Below are positions 26,088 through 32,000 of a stretch of DNA of 32,000 nucleotides, in pieces (positions within the stretch are counted from its first letter, which is position 1; every line of letters starts with the position of its first letter). The position numbers were made by a program, and so were the translations under genes. Below the pieces are notes generated by a model. The model was not told where the DNA came from. It ran no database searches and saw only the letters and a program-made list of their open reading frames with translations. Source of the stretch: Acaryochloris marina MBIC11017 (GTDB lineage Bacteria; Cyanobacteriota; Cyanobacteriia; Thermosynechococcales; Thermosynechococcaceae); the NCBI RefSeq assembly GCF_000018105.1, contig NC_009925.1:2250001-2282000 (forward strand). The letters run 5' to 3'.

Positions 26088-26834
26088 CTATTCCTTAGGA
26101 AGCGGTGTAAAGACCCCATAATTATCACTTGTTTTAGACACTTTTTTTATGAAGATATTTTTACTTCCTCGAAATTCTCCAGCAACTTTAGTTACCGCAG
26201 CCATTGAATTACCAGCATACAATACTTCTCCATCATGAAATAAAACATATTGGCCAGCATATTTTTTGATTAATTCATCAAGTTTTTGGTTGAACAGATG
26301 ATTTTGCCTTTCAATATATTTTCGGGGTTCTTCAAAACCATCCATTTCTAGCTTTACCTTCTCAGCGGATTGGGCTAGAACACCAATCGTATTTACATCA
26401 TCTACAACATTTTCTTCTAATTGGCCCTCATGAAAAAAGGCGCTTGCAACATTTGCACCTTTTTCAATTAAAACCTCAGTGCAGAAGTGGTGACCGATAT
26501 CTGGGCAAACTGTTGCTACATGAGGGGATAGATAAGGATGTTGATCACCTGTATTTAGCAATTCACGAGAATGTTGTATTGATTTGTTTGCTAAGTCGTT
26601 TCCATCATTCAAATATCTCCCTTCATCTATATCATGATGGGGGGCATGATCTTTGCAAACTTGCTGTTCTCGCGCAGCCAAATGCGCTTCTTTCACCTGA
26701 ATTATATTTAAGACCCCAATACCACAGCTAACGGGTGAAATTGTTCTAAAGTGGCAAGACAATTCTTTAGTCCATCGACTTTCCAAGTCAGCCAATTTTC
26801 TAGAGGTATAAACGACTCTCTTAGGGTAAACCAT
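26088..26834 (-). CDS. Cys/His-rich protein with a DUF5678-like C-terminal module (cargo cassette gene B)
   Basis: 248 aa. N-terminal region has SCHF, VSCG, VCKDHAPHHD and VCPDIGHHFC. The C-terminal LDELIKKYAGQYVLFHDGEVLYAGNSMAAVTKVAGEFRGSKNIFIKKV matches my memory of DUF5678. Confidence 0.55.
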   Translation of the reverse strand: MVYPKRVVYTSRKLADLESRWTKELSCHFRTISPVSCGIGVLNIIQVKEAHLAAREQQVCKDHAPHHDIDEGRYLNDGNDLANKSIQHSRELLNTGDQHPYLSPHVATVCPDIGHHFCTEVLIEKGANVASAFFHEGQLEENVVDDVNTIGVLAQSAEKVKLEMDGFEEPRKYIERQNHLFNQKLDELIKKYAGQYVLFHDGEVLYAGNSMAAVTKVAGEFRGSKNIFIKKVSKTSDNYGVFTPLPKE

Positions 26835-26897
26835 GGCTAAAAATATCTTGCTAAAGGACGAAACATCAAAAGCTATCTAGTTGAGGGAGAAACTACT

Positions 26898-27806
26898 TTA
26901 ATCGGATAATATTTTCTTTGCATTGTAATAAACAGTAGAAAACTGAGTAAACATCAATTGATTTATTAAATAAATTGACAAAATATCAGTAAGAATTTGT
27001 ATAAAAAATCTATCTTCGAGCTTAAAATATTCTACATTGATATGGTCAAAACATAGAAATCCAAATAAAGCTCGCTGAGTGGAGCTAATAATTTGAAACT
27101 TTTCAATAAATTCTTTCCTTAACTTTTTCGTTGCCAAAGAAACTGGAAGTATAAGCGTGGATTTATAACACGTTTCTGGGGGAGATTCAATACTTTCTTT
27201 AGAGCCCACCCTTGAAACTGGAGACCAGCAGCTGACCCATTCTTGATCATACCTATCTCTGAACTTTCTACTGTGATCAACACTATGAGTTGTAGCATAT
27301 ATATATGCTGCCTTATCTTTTATCCTTATGTTCACATATTTTCCATTTGCAATTTCGTTAGGTATATTATTGCACAAATAAAAATCTTTACCCTGAGCAA
27401 TCTCAAGAAAACCTGTATTAGCTGAAATTTCAGTGTTGTTGTCTGACAAAAATGACTCTGGTATCTTTAAAAGAGTTGCTAGTTTGTCCTTAGAAATAAC
27501 TTTAAGAGTTAACCGTGGTGATATGTTTGACCTACCCTGAAAATATACCAATGAATACTTATAAGCCTTCTCAAAAATTCTCCCAAAATCATCTAAGAAA
27601 AAGCCGTCAAAATCAGCTAATAATTCTCTCAGGTGATCTTCTTCATCTTTACTTATCTCTTGCTTATCTGAAGTTATAGATTGGATACATTGTCTTAGAT
27701 TTTTATGATTTTCATTAACCATAAAAATATGCTGCAATAAACTTGTTTGACTACTGCAAACATAATCACTTAAAAGCTCTAATAATTTTGATTCAATCTC
27801 ACTCAT
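26898..27806 (-). CDS. Hypothetical protein, possibly GAF-like sensor fold (cargo cassette gene A)
   Basis: 302 aa. C-terminal STLILPVSL...RALFGFLCFDHINVEYFKLEDRFFIQILTDILSIYL resembles the end of a GAF domain. No catalytic motif seen. Low-confidence fold guess. Confidence 0.5.
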   Translation of the reverse strand: MSEIESKLLELLSDYVCSSQTSLLQHIFMVNENHKNLRQCIQSITSDKQEISKDEEDHLRELLADFDGFFLDDFGRIFEKAYKYSLVYFQGRSNISPRLTLKVISKDKLATLLKIPESFLSDNNTEISANTGFLEIAQGKDFYLCNNIPNEIANGKYVNIRIKDKAAYIYATTHSVDHSRKFRDRYDQEWVSCWSPVSRVGSKESIESPPETCYKSTLILPVSLATKKLRKEFIEKFQIISSTQRALFGFLCFDHINVEYFKLEDRFFIQILTDILSIYLINQLMFTQFSTVYYNAKKILSD

Positions 27807-29070
27807 TATTTTATGATTTTTAAGGTCTAACTGAGATTCATAAGTATCTGCTTAATTAAGTGAATATTTTCAAGAATTTAGTAGGATATAATGAAAAAAT
27901 AATTAACCCAACAATATCACTAATAGAATTTAGCAGATTGTATATTTCTTTACAAACAATCGTTTTTTTTGCAGTTTAACTATAGCTCATTCTTGTATTA
28001 AGCTGCTTCAGCAATACCCCTGAGAAAAAATTAGAATTCGCTTATTGTTTTCATTAGAATTACCGATGCATTTTTCTCAAGGAAGCAATAAGAAGAGTTG
28101 GATCCACAAAGAAAGAAAACTTTCTGTATAATATTATACTATTTTAAAGCGATTATGGCTTTTGCCCCAGATTGTTTCATTGAAGCAAGCGATCATGAAA
28201 GGATAATCTATTGTGCTCCAAAGACGAGAATTCGTGTTTTGCAGCCCTGTAAGAGTTTTTTCTTTCAGAAAGGGTTGTATACGGTAACACACTTAGATAT
28301 TCTCCTGCTTGTTGGCTATTCATGTTGATTTTTGGGGCTCTCTATTCTAGAGTGTAATTTTTTTTAGGTAGTTTATTTATACTTAATGACTATTATCTTT
28401 CTGTGGTTTTGCCAAATAATACGCCGATTTTACATTTCTTATTGCCAATCTCTGCTTTTTTATCATTCTCTCCCGCTTATATTAAGGATTTATAGTTGAT
28501 GGCTTTTCGAAAACCTTCTAAAGTCTTTTCTAATTCGCGAGATCAAAGTTGAGATTTTATAAAGTAAAACCAATTGTTTGATTTAAGATAAAGTCAGTTT
28601 ATAGAGATGACCTCCACAATCTCTAAGTCAATGAATAGCTAGGGTTGCCCCTGAACCTTGGATATTCTAATAAATAGGAAGTAGCACAGAGCTTGAATAA
28701 ACTTGCCAATGACGTAGTAAGCAAAACAATGATGTAACTACTTGAAGTTGAAAAAGTAAACAAAAATTGTTAGGTTGCAAGTACCTTGAATTAATGGATG
28801 AGTCAGTCACCAGAGTAATGATTAAAATCAACAGGTAAATTTGTAATACTGGAAACTGGCCGGAAAGTTGAACAAAGCTGTTTCATGGGAGTATTCCCAA
28901 AACGGGACAATAATCTGAAACGCTCCCCAGGAATTTTACCTAGTGAATTTGGCACTGGTCTCTTAACAAGGCGCACGTCTAAAACCTTTATTGGTTATGA
29001 GTTCTAACATGCTAAGCGGGCGTGAAGAAAATCCCATCTCCATCGCTGGCGTAGTCTGCTTGCTGAGCCC

Positions 29071-29637
29071 TCAATGGGGTCTAACCCAGTTATGAATCAG
29101 CCGTTGTACGTCTAGCACTCTCTGAAAACCCGACTGCTTCTTAGCGTAGAGATTCTGCCTTTTTCGATAAGCACTACATCGTCTCCTCAAGGCAGCATTG
29201 TGAGCCTCGTTGTGATTGGCATGGACCTCAGATGCTGGACTGATAGCGGTAAAGGGATGCTCTGCTTTCACCCACTTCACCCACTTCACTCGCCGATTCG
29301 CCTGAAATCCTTTAACTTTCATCGCGACTTCTAATCCGTCTCGCCAAACCTTGCGATGCCCATAATCAGGGTGACACTCCTCAGCGTTGAGAGAGACACT
29401 GGCGAGCTTCCAAAGTTCTTGTCCATAGCGTCTTTCTCCATCAGTAAACCATTGAATCCCATCACAGGTTTTCATCCACTCCCAAGCTGATTGAACGCCA
29501 TCAATAAAGAGTTGTTGATCCTTGAGACCAGCCTGTGCTGTAAACCAATAACGGCTCGCGCGCTCAAGGAAGTGGATGGTCCAGCCCTGGGACTGGCTAG
29601 AGGGGAAGATTTTCGCATACACGAGTGTAAACTTCAT
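29071..29637 (-). CDS. IS1 InsB-like DDE transposase catalytic part (+1 frame relative to InsA)
   Basis: WFTDGERRY (second D) and HANHNEAHNAALRRRCSAYRKRQNLYAKK (E region) parallel IS1 InsB MTDGWPLY / IERHNLNLRQHLARL. 41-nt overlap with the InsA frame. Confidence 0.75.
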   Translation of the reverse strand: MKFTLVYAKIFPSSQSQGWTIHFLERASRYWFTAQAGLKDQQLFIDGVQSAWEWMKTCDGIQWFTDGERRYGQELWKLASVSLNAEECHPDYGHRKVWRDGLEVAMKVKGFQANRRVKWVKWVKAEHPFTAISPASEVHANHNEAHNAALRRRCSAYRKRQNLYAKKQSGFQRVLDVQRLIHNWVRPH

Positions 29638-29968
29638 CCCCTTCTACCGTCACATCAGAACTTGCTGGAGCTGGGGGTGACCAGTTCAGTGCCTGATCTG
29701 CTAGGTGCTTTTCCCACCGCATAATGGTGGTATGAGATGTCCCAAAAGTACGACCCGTTGCACGGACTCCCATTCCTTTGGTGCGAGCCTTGATGGCATA
29801 GCTCACCACTAAACTGGTGGTGCGTAAGCGAGCCATTGGGTTACCTGTGCGTTCTTTGAAACGCCGATTGCAATCCTCACACTGATATCGCTGGACTAGT
29901 GTCCCATCTTGCAGGCTATCAAAGCCTCGTTTATGGATCTTCTGGCTCTGGCAGCATGGGCATTCCAT
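29597..29968 (-). CDS. IS1 InsA-like (zinc finger plus HTH) ORF
   Basis: CPCC...CEDC zinc ribbon. GMGVRATGRTFGTSHTTIMRW HTH resembles IS1 InsA. It ends with GDEVYTRV (first DDE aspartate region). Confidence 0.75.
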   Translation of the reverse strand: MECPCCQSQKIHKRGFDSLQDGTLVQRYQCEDCNRRFKERTGNPMARLRTTSLVVSYAIKARTKGMGVRATGRTFGTSHTTIMRWEKHLADQALNWSPPAPASSDVTVEGDEVYTRVCENLPL

Positions 29969-30300
29969 TGATCTACATTACGTTGTGTCGGAGCCATTCT
30001 AGCTAGATCCAGTTGATAGACCAGTGCCAATTAGACCGCTTTGATAGCATTAACTCTGGATAATAGTAGTTTTTTTCCTTTTACTGGCGTATTTTGTACT
30101 GTGGAAACTTTGTTCAGTTTAGAAGTACTTGAGTTTACTACCCTTATTTTTCCATGTTAACTGGGTAAAGATACGTAGCTATGATATAAGTCCGACAACC
30201 TTACCTGAAGTTATATAAGCAATACTTATACTTCCCTGTTATCTGGGATTAATCTTGTCGAAACTGGGTACTCTAAGGTTAACGTTTTTGACTTTTCGTT

Positions 30301-30546
30301 ATGCCTAAGAAGAAAGGCACCCCTGGTGGTAATCCCAATCCAGTCCAGACACCACAATTCATAGCCAAGCAATTTAAAGCTGATGACGTGCCTGAAGGTG
30401 TCAAACTTCAAAAAGGCTTGACGGCAGTTAGACTACCTGAAGACATAGCTGATCTAGTTAATGGTTTGGGTAAAGAGAAACCAGCTTGGCTACGTCGAGT
30501 GATTACCACAGCAGTGAAGCAAGAGTTGATGGGAGGTGAGGAATAA
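30301..30546 (+). CDS. Small basic protein, possibly ribbon-helix-helix DNA-binding
   Basis: 81 aa. TAVRLPEDIADLVNGLGKEKPAWLRRVITTAVKQEL fits a strand-helix-helix pattern. It ends 28 nt before the arm-type repeat near attR. Confidence 0.45.
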   Translation: MPKKKGTPGGNPNPVQTPQFIAKQFKADDVPEGVKLQKGLTAVRLPEDIADLVNGLGKEKPAWLRRVITTAVKQELMGGEE

Positions 30547-30574
30547 GAACGAATTTACGTTGTTTCAGATGCCA

Positions 30575-30598
30575 TTGGCCGGATAGATTGGCCGGAAG
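30575..30598 (+). promoter_or_regulatory. Candidate integrase arm-type site (TTGGCCGGA x2), attR side
   Basis: Identical 24-mer to 18221-18244 in the same orientation, 56 nt before the attR core. Confidence 0.4.
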
Positions 30599-30654
30599 CA
30601 TTTGGAAGAAGCCTTGTAAGTCTTGCTAGACAAAGATTTTGTAGATCATGTGAC

Positions 30655-30703
30655 CCACTTTGGGGTAGTGGGGGTCGTGGGTTCAAATCCCGCCGCTCCG
30701 ATT
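30655..30703 (+). repeat. attR: displaced 3' half of tRNA-Pro (49-bp direct repeat)
   Basis: Identical to 18056-18104. The preceding sequence does not complete a tRNA. Confidence 0.85.
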
Positions 30704-30710
30704 AACTTAG

Positions 30711-30740
30711 AACCTCCTCTAGTAGGAGGTTTAATTATTT
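30711..30740 (+). terminator. Rho-independent terminator (original tRNA-Pro terminator)
   Basis: 8-bp stem AACCTCCT/AGGAGGTT (30711-30718 / 30724-30731) with loop CTAGT, followed by the T-rich TAATTATTTT. Confidence 0.6.
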
Positions 30741-30897
30741 TAAACGGCCTTAATTAACACCTTTTCAACAAGAAAGAAATGCATCATTCTCAGATGGAAA
30801 AGTTAAAGGGTCAACCTACTATTCTGGTTATAAGATCAGGGGCTAACCCTCTATTGGCAATCATTAATTCTGACTGGAAATAGAGGGTCAAGATCGG

Positions 30898-32000
30898 TTA
30901 GATCTCTGTGCCATCAGGAATGATGGCATTCTTCAAAATGACAACAATCCCACTCCGAATATAGAAGCCTTCATCCTCATGATTCGCCTCCTCCACCTGG
31001 GCTTTATTGACGATTTTGACGTTCTTGCCAATTCGGGCATTTTTATCAACAATTGCTTTGCGTATAACAGTATTTTCTCCAATCCCTAAGGGCACTCTAC
31101 CTTGATCCAGATCAGCTTGCCGCTCAGACAGGGATTGATAATAATCAGACCCTAGCCACAACACATTGTCCAGGGTGCAATGATCGTCTACATAAGAGCG
31201 AACCCCTAGAACGGAATGGTGAATTTGGCTCTTTTTGACAATACAGCCTTCACCAACAATGGATTCCGTCACCCGGCAATCGAGGATTTTACTAGGGGGT
31301 AAATATCGGGCTCGAGTATAAATGGGAGCCTGCTCATCGTAAAAACTAAATTTGGGTTTTGGCTGTTGTGCTAACGCTAGATTGGCTTCATAGAACGCTT
31401 CAATCGTTCCAATATCTTCCCAATAATCATCAAACAGAAATGCCTGGATATTGTGATTCGCAGCAGCCGTGGGAATCACCTCTTTGCCAAAGTCAGTGTG
31501 CGCAATATTAGATTCCAGTAAGTCGATCAGAACCTCTTTTTTGAATACGTATATCCCCATAGAGGCAATATAAGGTTGCTCACGGGCCTGTTCTGCACTC
31601 AACCCGAGCAACGTGGTATCCACCTGCATTTGGGTTAATTCATCTCCCGAGGGTTTTTCACAAAAATCTCCCACACGCCCTGACTCATCCAGCTTCATCA
31701 AGCCAAAGGCAGAGGCCCGTCGCTCATCCATGGGAACCACAGAGATGGTGATATCAGCATTGGTATCACGATGTCGTTGGACAAATCGGCTGTAGTCCAT
31801 GCGATACAGATGGTCTCCAGAAAGGATGAGATATTCATCCACATCCCATTCCTTGAGCAACTGCAAATACTGGCGAACCGCATCGGCCGTTCCTTCAAAC
31901 CAACCTGAGTTGTCGGGAGTCTGCTGGGCAGCCAAGACCTCAACAAATCCTTCTGTAAAATTCGAGAAATTATAGCCCCGACTCAAATGTCGATTGAGAG
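30898..32000 (-). CDS. glgC: Glucose-1-phosphate adenylyltransferase (ADP-glucose pyrophosphorylase), 5'-truncated by the window end
   Basis: ...[44 protein letters not shown]...[18 protein letters not shown]... is unmistakably cyanobacterial GlgC. The frame stays open upstream of the track's TTG 'start' to position 32000. Confidence 0.92.
   Translation of the reverse strand, partial: LNRHLSRGYNFSNFTEGFVEVLAAQQTPDNSGWFEGTADAVRQYLQLLKEWDVDEYLILSGDHLYRMDYSRFVQRHRDTNADITISVVPMDERRASAFGLMKLDESGRVGDFCEKPSGDELTQMQVDTTLLGLSAEQAREQPYIASMGIYVFKKEVLIDLLESNIAHTDFGKEVIPTAAANHNIQAFLFDDYWEDIGTIEAFYEANLALAQQPKPKFSFYDEQAPIYTRARYLPPSKILDCRVTESIVGEGCIVKKSQIHHSVLGVRSYVDDHCTLDNVLWLGSDYYQSLSERQADLDQGRVPLGIGENTVIRKAIVDKNARIGKNVKIVNKAQVEEANHEDEGFYIRSGIVVILKNAIIPDGTEI

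Larger units (their letters stand above)
28949..30030 (-). mobile_element. IS1-family insertion sequence (~1.08 kb)
   Basis: 13-bp terminal inverted repeats: TTGGCACTGGTCT at 28949-28961 and its reverse complement at 30018-30030, with about half of the next 10 nt inward also matching. InsA-like and InsB-like ORFs lie inside. Confidence 0.75.
18056..30703 (+). mobile_element. Integrated genomic island (~12.6 kb) at tRNA-Pro
   Basis: Perfect 49-bp tRNA-derived direct repeats at both ends. Integrase next to the tRNA. Primase-helicase plus iterons. Lower GC than the flanks. Only 1 of 8 HIP1 sites lies inside. The original tRNA terminator lies just beyond attR. Confidence 0.8.

Noticed and set aside
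28098-28328. 76-aa plus-strand ORF in the AT-rich cargo
   Set aside because: It has a non-ATG start, no RBS, and an odd Phe/Ile/Tyr/Cys-rich sequence expected by chance in ~25-30% GC DNA. It is on the opposite strand to the cassette. It is kept only as part of the unexplained AT-rich stretch.
30226-30411. 61-aa minus-strand ORF
   Set aside because: It overlaps the start of the better-supported 81-aa plus-strand ORF and has no features.
30848-30888. 8-bp inverted repeat CCCTCTAT/ATAGAGGG downstream of glgC as a terminator
   Set aside because: It has a ~25-nt loop and no following T-run on the minus strand, so it is not convincing as an intrinsic terminator.

Overview
This looks like a cyanobacterial chromosome segment. 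Evidence: 8 copies of the HIP1 octamer GCGATCGC, a Uma2 endonuclease, cyanobacterial-type rpoZ and glgC. No searches were run, so all family names come from motif recognition in the supplied translations.

Three zones:

1. Core, 1-18 kb (~50% GC in sampled lines). It holds a GAF-LuxR regulator and a redox/glutathione detox neighbourhood: TetR, SDR, bicupin, OsmC, Grx, YghU-type GST, two MAPEG proteins, SRPBCC, LysR and VOC. It also holds a tandemly duplicated membrane-protein gene, an RHH/RelE-type toxin-antitoxin pair whose toxin carries an in-frame TGA, a class-V aminotransferase and rpoZ.

2. A ~12.6 kb island at tRNA-Pro(GGG), bounded by perfect 49-bp direct repeats at 18056-18104 and 30655-30703.
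- Backbone (~40% GC): tyrosine integrase, an AlpA-like small protein, a Prim-Pol/DUF3987-type primase-helicase split by one in-frame TGA, and a dense cluster of TGTTGGYA octamers that looks like an origin.
- Cargo (sampled 60-nt lines 23-30% GC): sits between an IS200 TnpA remnant and an IS1-family element.

3. Core again after the displaced tRNA 3' half and its terminator: glgC, truncated by the window end.

The best candidate for an undescribed system is the minus-strand, very AT-rich cargo cassette at 24729-27806. It encodes:
- a 302-aa GAF-like protein;
- a 248-aa Cys/His-rich protein with a DUF5678-like C-terminus;
- a tightly coupled 137-aa retropepsin-like aspartic protease (DTGS and LIGRD motifs);
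- a 157-aa coiled-coil two-TM membrane protein.

I do not recognise this combination as any named defence or toxin-antitoxin system. No CRISPR array or rRNA was seen.
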